64,000 bases of DNA, from positions 130,138,001 through 130,202,000 of the forward strand of contig JBITNC010000001.1 of assembly GCA_050084985.1 (NCBI GenBank). The letters run 5' to 3'. This document shows, in pieces, positions 1 to 12,814 of this stretch (the stretch's first letter is position 1; every line of letters begins with the position of its first letter). Position numbers and translations under genes: made by a program. Origin of the DNA: Nageia nagi (lineage: Eukaryota; Plantae; Pinophyta). The notes below the pieces were generated by a model. It had not been told where the DNA came from, did not search any database, and worked only from the letters and a program-made list of their open reading frames with translations.

Positions 1-509
1 ATTTTCTACAAAATTAGAAAACCCTACCACTTTAAAATAATTGAAAATTTGAAATATTATTTTATTTTGTAGAATTTTATTTTTGGTCATAACCTTACAT
101 TTTAAACCTATTTTGTGAAGATTTTATGCATCTTTGTTCCTTAGAAATTTTCTTAAATCCCTACATATTCATGATAAGTAACTTTTGGAAGGTGAAATTG
201 GGATTATTACATGCATTCTTTTTATTTATTTTTGTTTAGAAATGAAACATTTTTTTTTAATAGAAAAGCTTAAATTTTTAAGGTTAATTTAGTTAGTTTG
301 GTGAGTTTTTACATTAGCAAATCTTATCTCACAAATATAAATTTTATATTGAGATATTTTGGTAATTTTTGAAGGTCTATTTTGCAAAATTAGCTTATTT
401 TTGAGTCATTTTTTATCAACCAAAATCCCTAGGCATTTTGGAGATATTTGATTTTTATTTTCTTAAGTGTGAAAAACATGGCAACAATAGTAGAATAATA
501 CTATGTTAG

Positions 510-2240
510 TTTTCATCAGTATAATGTAACCTTAAGATTTGATCTGGTCTAGTTCTCTATTGCCTACAATATTAGGGTTCTTAAAAGAGTAGAAGATGTT
601 GGGATAGTATGCTCATGAGGGTTTTTTGCTCAATCTCTAGGTTATAAGTCGATTCTTATTTATGATAAAGGTCAAAAGTAATTGGAAATAAATAAAAAAA
701 GGTAGAGTAATAGGAAAGAGATAAAAAATTAAACTACTAAAACAAACTAAAGCTAATTATCATAAGCATTACTACAAAGGCAGTACTCCATTACTAAGAT
801 TAAGAATAGAAAGACTATCTTACCCTTACGGTCTTGTAGTTGCAATACATAGCCACAATTTAAGAAAATATTTCATACATAATACTTACAAATATAACAA
901 TAGCTACAAAATGCAGAGGACAAAACATCATTGTATTATATTATCACATATGAAAGCACTTCATACATTAGGCAACTTTGTTAAAATATTCAACCTTTTG
1001 GAATTTTAATAGTACACTATTTATAAGAATATATTTACAAATGGGTTTTCATCCACCATTACTACCCTTAATTACCCTATTGACTAAGAACAAAAATAAA
1101 GAACTATTTACAAATGTACAACTTCAATCTATAATAGTGCTAGATTGCATAATAACTTAGTACAATTAGTGCCAATATCTAAGAATATGTAGACTTTGAA
1201 TATCTATACCTTCTCAACCTCAATATTTCATATTTGTCTTTGACTATATCATCTAACTCTCTACAACCATTTATGAAGATCACTGTAGCTCTGGATTGTG
1301 GAAATTATGAAGGAAATGAAAGATATAACCTTGAAACTTAAGGAAGAGTTGTTATAGGCATATGTAAATGAGTTGAAGTTCACAAATTGATAGAGACCTC
1401 GGGGTCAAACACTTTTGATTAAGTGGACCTAGGTGTTCCCCTTATCTCATTGTTCTCTTTTCAACTTAGTGGGTCTTACTTGCTTTTTCAAGGTCTATTG
1501 ATTGAATGGGAATTACCTTATCACCCATCGATTTTCAACAAAAGGTGTGACATCATCACTCAAAATTAGTAGAGTTTGCAAAATGAACTCATTGAAACAT
1601 ATCCTACTGCTTTGTCCTTCAATAACACCCATTGATGGACTAACTTAATGCTCACTAATTTTTAATGTATGATACAACTTTTCCTCTAGAAATTCATGGG
1701 CTCTAAAACATTACCCATTGATTGATTCCACTCAATAATGACTCATTTTTACAATACTTCCTAGAAAGAGTACCTAAGTTTATAGAACCTAAATTTTATA
1801 AACTTGAACTCCTATAATACCTAGACTTAGATATGTACTTCCCTTACATGTTATGTTATCTCTTAGATATGAATTATAAAAAATAAGACTACCTTTTGGC
1901 CTTAGACCTATGTACAATTACTGGTGGAGACCCAACTGTGTTGCAAAAAATATATAGGATTTATTTACACAACAACACCTGCCTCTCAACAAAATGGTAG
2001 TTTGAGTTATCATACAAATTAACTACGACTTGAAAATATCAATAGTACCCAAACTTTCCTAGACTTAACAAAATTTGACAAAAATGACTAAGTATAAAGA
2101 CTATACACTTATTACAATACTTACAAAAGAATGAAAGGGGAGTAAGAAATGAAAATTAAAAGCATTAATCTTATTGAGGAAGAATAAAAGAATATCATAA
2201 TGTTACCCTCCTTATACAGTGTAATTTTTAAATAATAACA
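510..2240 (-). repeat. 3' LTR of element A
   Basis: Colinear with 12815-14611, differing mostly by transitions (roughly 80-85% identical by eye). Ends ...AATAACA. Lacks an ~80-bp block present at ~13557-13637 and in the third copy. Confidence 0.92.
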
Positions 2241-2264
2241 ATATTTTAGTGGCTCTCCAGGTCT

Positions 2265-5200
2265 TCAACCTACTAAAGAATAGGGCCTTTGTTGGCCACT
2301 TCCACTCACTTGCCTAGATAGATCCTTTGGTAGGACTTTTGGTAGTGGAATTAAATATGAAAAAAGTAGAGATTGTAATTTTTTGTATAGGTCATTTAAA
2401 TCTTGATTATCCACTTTTGATAAAATAGGGCACGCTTGTAATTTTCCTATATTTGCTCTAAAACCCATCAATACACTCTCTAATATTCCAACATATAAGA
2501 ATCATGATACCACCTCTTAGGCGAAGTCGCTTATTACTTTTAGGTCTAAAATTTATTTTTTAGAAATTAACTATTCCAAAAATTATTTAGTATTCACCAC
2601 CCATCGATCAGTGCTATTGTGTACATTTGGTTATTCCCTTAATTTTAGAGCCTTTAATTGAACCAAAGAATAAAAGAATCTATTTACAAAGCTAATTTCT
2701 ATTTTTAACTAATATTTTTTCAAGTCCATAACAAACACTAAATCTTACAAATCACAAATATCTCTGGTCCTTCTCAAAATTATTTATTTGGGCCTTGAAG
2801 TTATTATGTCTAGATCTTTCTTTGTTAAGGCTCTAACCTAACTTTGCATTCCTTTAATTGTTGATCTTAGGATTGATAAGGCTAGTTTATGGAGTGTAGT
2901 TTGAGAAATGTATTGTTAGCTAGCTTCTTCTATTTGATTCTTCAATAAATGTAACTAGAACATGTTGACTAGTTTTTCTCCTATCCACTCAACTAGGGTT
3001 TTTCTAAAATTCTTGATAATTTCTAGTAACTTGATCTTATCATCATTTAAAATTGTATTTTTTGCTATTATCTTTTTCAATTCATCTTCAATTTATTGAG
3101 CTTTTTATTTTTTAATCACACTAACTTGAGCCTTAAGGTTTTCAATCTATTTCTTCATATTTTTTAGCTCAACCTTAGCCTCTTAAAGGCTCTTTACATG
3201 CTTAGACTTATGTTTGGCCATTTTTTTAATTAATTATTTATTCTAATTCTATAGGCTGACTATCATTTTATCTTTCTAGGGGTAGTACTTTTTGTATAGG
3301 TTAATCTTCTTATTTAGTTTTCCTATTTTGTTCCCCATAGATTGGAGACTCTTACTGGCTACCAAGGAAGTGTTTACCAAAAACCTAAACTGATCTATAG
3401 CTAGAGTACTCTACATATTTACATTTATAATAGCCATGGATATTATTTATAATTGCCCTTCTATGAAAGGTATTTAAGCAATTTTAATATCCCCTATTTT
3501 TGTCACTTTACTCAAAATTCTCACCTATTGCTTTGGGAGCATAGGGGTTTTATTAATAAATGTTACCCAATCAATGGGCTCTACTACTTGATTAAAAAAA
3601 AATACTTTTTATTTCCTCTTGGGAGGTTGTATAATAAAGAATTAAATAATGGAGGGGTGCACCTCCTACTAAGGTTGATACTAGAGTATCATGGGTAGGC
3701 TTTTATGTTTATCTCCATAATGGGTATTACCTGTTCCTCCTCGTCTTCTTCATCTACAATAGGCATTTCTTCAAGTGGTTTTTTTTTTTTGGGCCAAATT
3801 ATTTCTTTTTATTTAGATCATTTTCATCATCATCATCTCCATCTCTACCTAGTTCACCTTCTACTACTGCGGTACCACATGTTTCAACTATTTCTGCCTA
3901 ACTTGTACCAAGCACATTCCTTCCCCTTTGCTACACCTCATCCCTAATTTCTTCTTATGCATCATGATATATGACCATGTCCATACTTTGGGGTTTTTGG
4001 GTTTCCTCTATATCAAGTAACTCAATATCTCCTATACTTGGTTTGGGTTGTTCTTCACTTACTGCCCATAGAGATGAGGTTTGGATGCTTTTTCCCATAG
4101 ATGGTTTGTTGGTACATGCCTTCTTTTTAATACCATCCTTGAGTCTTCTCTTCTTTGGAAAAGAATCCCTAAGAGCAACAATCATTATAATTTGATATTT
4201 ATTCTTCCTTTTTTGAAGATGTCTAGAATTGGATGCTTCTTTAGCTTTTCTCTTGTTTGGTGTCTATAGTTCTTGTGTCCACTATGTCAATGGCTAATTT
4301 TCTTCTATAGCCTTCCCTTGAAAATCGGTTGGGAGGGGTTCTCCTATTTTCAACAGTATGTCCTACATGTACTGGGAGTTCTAATATTGATCATAAGTAA
4401 ACTAACCAAAGAATTATTTTTCAAAATGATTTGCTTTAGTGGTGTATTGAAATCTAAATTTTGTGAAATATTTAATTTTTTTGGAGCCCCAACCCAACTC
4501 ATCCCATAACTAGATGACAATCTTCAAGTTCAAGGAAAAATCTTTGTGTCTAACCTCCCAGATCTTATACTTTTTTACACCTTCAAGGGCCATCCATGCC
4601 TTGTCAAAAATCCTAAATTCCCTCTCCAAGAACACCTCAACCTCTTCTTCCATTTGGTTTTCAAAATATTTTACATGCATTTAGGCTTCATGGGAAAATG
4701 CCAAGCATTTTTTATCGAATTTGATTATCTTTTTCATTTCACTAGCTAGGTCATATACCCAGGGGGTATCTACATTATCTAATTTAAAATTATGTACAAT
4801 GAAATTGGCTAACTAATCTTTACACAATATTTTTATTAAAGTAAAATTTATATATTGGGTAGGTATTTTGATAACAAGTTTGAAATTACCCCTTAACCCA
4901 TACTTAGTCCCTATAGTACAAATTTGTCTACCCATTTCTAAAGAATATAACTATAGGGTAATAAATTTAGATAATAAAAATGGGATCTTAGAATAACCAT
5001 ACCTCATAATTATTGTGCAGTTCTTCAAAAAATAACAATCTCCTATCATGTTGCCTCCTTACAACTCATCCATGATAGATTGGTGAAGTTTGTGGGTGAC
5101 CCTTTCTATAAGAATACGCATCACTAGAGCAAAGAATTTTTCCATGAAATCATAATATGAGCTATGAACCTTTGTTAGCATTAACACTCTTAAATCACTT

Positions 5201-6060
5201 GGTGCAGGTGCTTTGGATAGAGTAGCCAATGCAATTTTTAATCCTCATTCAACCAGAACTTTCAAGTTTTGGTGGAAAATAAGCCACCATAAATATGATG
5301 AATTTCAAAAATTAGATTTTTCAATATTGAACAAATGTTTCCTAATCTCATTCAAGATGAAGAAAGGAATATCATAGCAGATTTGTGCCTCAATAATATT
5401 ATATTCCATTCTCATCATATCTTCATCCATCTCAATTTGTGTCTTCTTTCCAAGAATAACAACCAATGCCTACAAGACATATCTATCTTGAGATTTCTCA
5501 AAGGAGGTGATGTCATAACTTTGTAGGAGCTTGGTACATCTTCTTTCATACCTCTCATCAATACAATCCAACATCTCATTTTCATTCTAATAAAATTCAT
5601 CTTTTTCTTTCTTGAGATCAATTTGCTTCTTAACATGGAAGGTCCAATCAGTAAGGACTATAAATGCATGTATAGTTAATTCTAGGGAGTAGTGCAAAAG
5701 GATATTGGGCTAGTACTTAGATTCTACTTCTCCCTTCTTTTGATCCTTGTAAGATTTAACCTTAAAGCTAGGTGATATGTACCTAGGTACAATAAAAACA
5801 AGGAGCTCTACGAAAGTGAAAGACTCATAGGGAATATAATACACTAAGCCCTAATCTAGCATAAGATTATTTGTTGATTCTACTAATGAATTCCCTTTAC
5901 CTGTAACCTCTGGTATCTAGTACTATAATAAGATTCTTTCAAGGTCTACTCGCTAGGTATCCATATGATTCATGACCCCTACCTTTGTCCAGTTGACATC
6001 AAGAGCATTCTCCAAATACTCATGAATTTTTGCTAAGTTGGTATTTAGTCCCTCTTCCAT
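2265..6060 (-). pseudogene. Decayed large extra ORF of element A (sense, between INT and 3' LTR), product unknown
   Basis: Long protein-like frames broken by stops: MEEGLNTNLAKIHEY..., ...NSSYLWWLIFHQNL..., ...IGDCYFLKNCTII.RYGYSKIPFLLSKFIT..LEMGRQ. These are followed by an acidic low-complexity tract (~3950-3700) and a K/E-rich coiled-coil-like stretch (~3300-2900). Confidence 0.6.
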
Positions 6061-6662
6061 AGCTACCTAAATCTTCTTAGTTTATGTCATGATGTCGAAT
6101 AGTTTTTATGTAGATTAGGTTGAAATTAAGCTCCTACAACCTCTATGATGAAAGCTATGAGAAATCATCAAGTCTTAGCACCAAAATCTCTATAAATAAA
6201 AAGCTCTAGAACTCTCAATAATATGTGCTCTGAAATATGCAAAGTGAGTAAATGAATGGTTAAGGAATATGTTTTATTTACTTAGGGTTTAGGATTGTCT
6301 CCTAATAATGGCAATTAATGAACTAAAAATATTGAGTTTTGCATAGAGTGCAATATCATGGATGATAGATAGGATCACATTTAATTTAAGCATGGTGGAT
6401 TTAAATTAGAAAGTAAGGTGCGACTAGTGGTTTTTTCAAGAAAATATAGCTCTTAAATGTTATCCTTTTGATAAGATAGTTTATATCCATCAGGCTTAAC
6501 CTTCACCATGTTGAGTTAATGAAAGCATTAATGGTTGCCTACCTTCTTGGGAAACATATCATTAGTGAACCAATATGTACAATTTTTTTAAAGGGATGAA
6601 AATGATTAAAACTAAAAGTAATGGAGTATGTACACTATGCATGTTTGGTAGGTGTTATGGAA

Positions 6663-9600
6663 TCACCCTATTACTTGATAATGTTTCAAATAGATCTTGT
6701 TCACTAGCATAGATAGTTCATAGAATATGATAATATATTGAAACTTGAATGTATTATTATGTAAGGCTTGAATGATGATATAGGGACTACTCCATAAGTA
6801 ATCAAATTTTTGATGTTTTTAGAGATTTGCTCTTTCTTTGTTCCATTTGAGGATGATGTATCCAACTTCAAACTTGACCCAAGAAGACTTTTTTTCTCAT
6901 ACCATTTCTTAACAATTCATTATCTATGTTGGAAGGACTGATATGCTTTGTTTCAATCCTCTTCCAACTTTATCAACTGATTGAACCTTACTTGCAGTGC
7001 CTTGAAGTCATAGTTTTCTAGCCCTTGTAGGATTTTTAATACTAGTCTCTTACCATACACTAATGCATAGGGAGATGTATTGATGGCTCATTTAACATTG
7101 ATCCTATCTACCCATAATGCATAGTCTAGTTGTGTATGCTATTATCTAAGATTCCCTTCACTTTTCCTTTTAATGATCTAGGTTAGGTTTTTATTTATTG
7201 ATTCTACTAACATGTTTCCTTTTGGGTAATAGTTTGAAGAGAACATCCATTAGATCCCATACTCAGAAATAAAGTTTGACAAATTATCTCCATTGAATGT
7301 AGGACCATTATCTGATACAATATTCTGTGGGATACCAAAATGACTAATTAATCTTTTGATCATTTATAATACTACCTCTTGATATGCACTCTTACATGGC
7401 ATAACTTTTGACCATATTGTGAAGTAGTTTGTTGCAATTAGAATAAAATTATGGCCTTTTAAAGAATTTGGGTTTATGACACCAATGAAATCTAGACCCC
7501 ATTGTTGAAAAGGTTCTTCAACATTCAACAACCACAAGCTTAAAAGGCATTGTAGCTTGTCTCCTTTTTCCCGCATATTTGTTGCATTTATCACACTCAT
7601 GGGCTATCTTGAATGAGTCTTGAAACATTTTAGGCCAATAATAGCCCACTTGTAGTATTTTTTCTTTAGTAGTAGACCATTATAGTGTCCTTTAGAGAAT
7701 CCATAATGGAATTCATGTAAAATTCTCTTAGCTTCACCTTGAGTCACACACCTTAACAGGATTTGATTAAAAACATTTATGTAAAGATGATCATCTATCA
7801 TCATAAACTTTAGTTCCTGCAACCTAAATCTCCTTCTTTGAAATCTATCCAAACATTCAAGATATTTACTGGTTCTAAGATAAAAAAATCAATTACTTTA
7901 TCCAATCACTCTCTTGGTTGAGATGCTCTTTATCCTCTATGATAGCAATCATACGTGTAGTCTCTATTATGTTTTCACAGAGGGCTTTTCCCCTTATAAG
8001 CTTTATTGATTTAATTTCTACATCATATTCTATTATTTTTATGATCTAACTAGCTTTTCCTTCACCTGATTCTCCTTGGATAACATAATTCCTTACATCT
8101 AGATGAACGGTATATATAAGAATTTTGTTATGGAACACATAATTCTTAAATTTTTTAAGTCCTCTCATTATGGAAAACACTTACTTTTCAATACATGAGT
8201 ACCTTATTTGGTGTTGGTGTAGTGTTTGGCTATGAAATGCAATGGGATGTTCTTCCTTCTAGTCATCCTTCTATGGTTGATGGTAGCAACACTTTTCTCT
8301 GCTCCATATGCATACATGATAAAATGTTTTTAAAAATTAGGATTTTTCAAAATAGGAGTGTTAGTTATAACCTTTTTAATATCTTAAAAAGCTTGCTTTG
8401 CTTCTTCTAACTAGAATAATATAGTATCTTTCTTTAACATTACTATGATTGGAGAAATAATCTCTAAAAAATCATTAATAAATTTTTTGACAAAATTGAT
8501 TTAACCAAGGAAATATTGAAAGGTATTCTTATTTGAAGGTAGAGGAAATGCCTCAATAACTTTCACTTTATCTAGATCAATTATCAATCATTTTTCTAAG
8601 ACAATATGACCAAGTAATTTTCCTTAGTTAACCATAAAAATAGACTTTTTGGGATTAATAGAAATCCCAAATTGTATACATTTTTCAAAAACTTGCCTAA
8701 AATGATTCAAGTGGTCCTTTCTACTTTTTGAAAACATTGTGATATTATCCAAGTAGACTAGGATTATCTTATTTATCAAGTCACCAAAGACATGGTCCAT
8801 ATCTCTCTAAAAAGTATCCCTAGCATTGGAGAGACCAAAAGGTATTCTTTGAAATGCAAATGTACTGGTAATGAATGCTATTTTGAATTGATCCTCATCC
8901 TTTACCCAAATTTTGTTAAATCCTAAATAGCCATCAATCATTTGAAAGAAATAAGCTCCAGCTACTATGTTTAGGATTTGTTCCATGGGAGGGAGAGGAT
9001 GATTATCTTTTAGAGACACCTGGTTTAGGTTTCTGAAATCTATGCACAATCTAATTTCTCTACTCTTTTTTCTTACTAGGACTAAATTAGTTATCCAAGA
9101 AGAATGCTTCATATGATAGATAATTATGACATCTAAGAGCTTCAGTAACTTCTATTTCATGGCTCCATCTATTCTTGGGTTTATTGGCCTCTATTTTTGT
9201 ATGTATGGTTTTGCCTCTGGTTCAAGCTCAATGGTGTGCTGGATCACATTCTTATCATATGTCTTCAGATCATCATAATTCTAGGAAATTACCTTGGAGT
9301 ACTCATGATAAATTTGAAATATCATCCCTTTTTCTTCTTTAGAACACTTTGATCCAACTTTTATGCATTTTTTGGGTTCAACTTCTAGCTCAACATTATT
9401 TTCCTTTTGAACTACCAAATTTTTAGCCTTTTAAACATAATTAGAATCAAATAGCCATTCAAAGGAGAGCAAACCTTTGGGTATGATATTGTTTTTGAGT
9501 TGTATAAAATCTAACTCTTGGAAATAATCAAGTAGTTCTTCAACACCAAAGGTGTGAGTTACTTTTTCATCTATAAGAAAATTCATAATATACTCATCAA

Positions 9601-12590
9601 ATTCAAATACCTACCAAAAATTTGTAGTGTTAGGCACATATGGCCTACATAGGAATTTAACTCCATAGCCACCTCTCTTATGATGAATAGGATTGAAATG
9701 TGCTCCTTTACCTACTAGTGCATCAACCACTTGATTATAGTTCCTAGGAATACAAAGAAAATTAATTGACAGGAATGAATCCATAGGATCCCATACTTTG
9801 TTCCTATAAGTCTTCAAATAGTGATTTTTTGCACTAATATTTTCTTTGATTTGCTTGATGACCATTTTATAATAACCATGGACTATTAGGCATATGATAC
9901 CCATACTGATAGCTTTAGATAACCTTAAAAAGAGGGCTTCATATTTGAAAGCATTATTTATGCATATCTATGTGAATGTGAATAAGAATCTTCTTAAATG
10001 CACCTTAGGTGATTTGAAGATAACAACAAAATCACAACCATATTTGCAACTAGCCCCATCAAAGTACATCATCCATATCTCATGTTCTTTATCAACAGAT
10101 ATTGAGATTGGATGCACCTTTTCATATATGTTGTAGTTTCCCATGCCAATGTTAATGACCTGATAATTTAGGTCATTTTCTAAAAGAATTTATGTAGTTT
10201 TTAATGATTATTCAATAAGTGGATCCCTTTCAAATGTTACTATTTGCTTAGGGTCATTCACACAGTTTTACTAAGAAAGTTTTCTATGATGAACATTTTT
10301 GGTACCCTCATTTGGAATTTTAGTATGTTTATTCTTAAAAGGAAGTAAGAGGTGTGTGTAATTTAAGGCTAAGTGCCCTCCTAAATCCGTAGTGAACTCT
10401 CCAAAAAAGAATATCCCAAAAAGAGGTGGAAGAACAACTACAATGATATCTTGAATGATGAAAATGTTAAGGAATGCATTTAGAGTAATAGAAACTCCTT
10501 TAATACTACCAATCTCATCTATGAGGGAAGAATATAGTTGTATGACTCCATATATGCATCAAGTAATATACCATTTCATCTCATTTACAACAACTTTAGG
10601 AATAACAATGATGGCAGATCTAGTATCAATCATACAATTGTTAACTATCAAAACCTTCTAATCTAAGGGATAGATAAAAAGGTAGAAGTATACTTATACC
10701 TAGAGGAGCTGGAGGTACATCGTCAGAGATAACAAATACTACATTTCCCTTATTAACCCTTTTGTTGTTATTCCTTATCTTGAAATGTTCTTGAAATAGA
10801 TCAATTTAATCTAGAATACTTAATGCATCAAACATTTTTATTTTTGCAGGTGTTTTATTTAATTCTTCCATAATATTGTATGGAACATAAAGGGTTAACT
10901 TACTTGTTTCAGTAGTATGATGTGATCTAAATTATTAAGTGGCTTTATCCTTATGATTTTTAGTAATAAAAGGATATCTCAGTGGAGGAGGTCTCGTTTT
11001 CTTCAAGACTTCATTTTTGGTCGAAGCAAGATTTTTTGTTGAAGAACCATTACCCATATCTTGTGAAACTTTACTTGAAAGATTTAGAAGTTGGTTTACT
11101 TGATTCTATGGTTGAGACATAGGAGATTTAGCTATTTTTGTATCAAATTGAGTAGGAATGGTTTACTAATTTTGATCATAAATTTGGGCTTTCTATGAAG
11201 CTACTGAAGTAGAAGCTCTAGTTTGAACATTATTGGCTTATTCTTCAACATAACGTAGAACCCAAAAATTAACCATGGTAAGATCTGTAATAGGTTCTAA
11301 AGTAGGTTCTACCATTTTTTTAGAATATAATTCCAAATGTTGATGTTGATATACCATGTAGGAGTTTGGAAAATGTGGAGTTGAATAAGGAGGACACCAT
11401 TTTATAATACCTAGAGCATCACTTTCTCTAGAACTAACAATTACTGCATTTTCTATAGCTTTGGGAGCATGTGCTTGTTTTGAATGATTTTTTCTTGGTT
11501 GAAAACTTGGCTAATATTGGTTATCATATCTCTTGTAATTTAAGCTTTGATTCTATCTCTCTTATAAAGTGAGCTTATTTTTTAGATTCTTAATAGCTAT
11601 CTCTAACTGCTTTATCCTCTCTTTCTCTTGTGAGTTAGAACTAGTTATTTGTACTTGTAGATGCAAGAGCTGGTAGTGTTGGCATTTGGTTTTGAGTGGT
11701 AGATTAGGAGGTGGATGTGGCAAGGCTAATACTCCAAGATGAGTAATCTGTAATGAAGTCTATTTTGGAGGTAGATTAGAAGATAACGACATACTAAATC
11801 TAGGTAGTATATTCATATATGATACCAATGTATGTTCAATAATTTTAGCTATTTGATAAATATTTGAAAAAGTATCTCCCAACATAACAATCAATACGTT
11901 AAGGTATAAGAGAAATGGTTTCCTATAATATACCAAGGCTTGAGAATTTGATGGCCTGATCATTGTTGGAATGGACTTCCAAGTTTTCTCAAATCTTAAA
12001 TTAAAATCATCTATAGACTCATGGGGATGTCTTTTGATACATGCTATGAGGTCTAAAAAGGTGTTATCATCACCATATTCAACAAATCTCTTGATAAGAG
12101 CTTGAAATAAGTCTTTCCATGTATTTATAGACTGAGGGGTAAGAGTTTTAAACTATTCAATTACTTTGCCTTCAAAATAATGTGACAAAAGTTTGGTCAT
12201 AATAGTTTCATCATTGATATCAAAGCTAAATGCCAACAAAGATACATATTGATAATGTTCATAAGGTGTCTTTCTTGAACCATCATATTTGGGTAAAACT
12301 TTAAATGTTTCTTAGGGAATAGCTAAAGAATTACCAAGAACTATTTATGGATGGCTATTATTCCAATCAAGGAAATCTATAGGGGCAGGTTGGCCCATGT
12401 TTGGTCCTAAAGTATCAAGGGAAAGATTTTCTTGAGTAGAGTCAAATACAAATTACAATGGAACAACTCTTAGAGGAATTTGTGAGGATAATGTCTAAGA
12501 AATATTTTGCCTAATTCTTCTTCTAAGGATTTATAGCTCTTGAAACCTAGGCTATCTTGAGGAATTTCTAGCACTAGTTTGAGTAAATAT
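6663..12590 (-). pseudogene. Decayed gag-pol of element A (GAG ~12400-11700; PROT ~10680-10330; aRH ~10085-9700; RT ~9190-8500; RH ~8400-8030; INT ~7800-6663)
   Basis: gag LPKYDG...SINTWKDL...HPHESIDDFNLRF; protease CMIDTRSA; aRH WMMYFDGASC...IPRNYNQVVDAL; RT IRLCIDFRNLN...DNHPLPPMEQIL...YLDN; INT PFQQWGLDFIGVINPNS. Confidence 0.9.
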
Positions 12591-12814
12591 GCATTCTAGA
12601 GGTGCCAGGGTTCAAAATATTGATTGGTATGACAAACAAAGTTGCTAATAATATTAAATAAACTCTATAATATTTTAAGTACAAGGTGATAGCTTACCAG
12701 ACATAGCTATTTGGCCTATTCACACCCACAAAATATCAATTCTTATTCATGCCAAACCTTAAGGTTACATTATACTAATCAATAGTAGAAAAGTTGCTAT
12801 TTGTCCTATTATAC

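Noticed and set aside
3453-4749. Cluster of short plus-strand ORFs (His/Ser/Phe-rich)
   Set aside because: Antisense shadows of the acidic, K/E-rich extra ORF on the minus strand; no independent coding signal.
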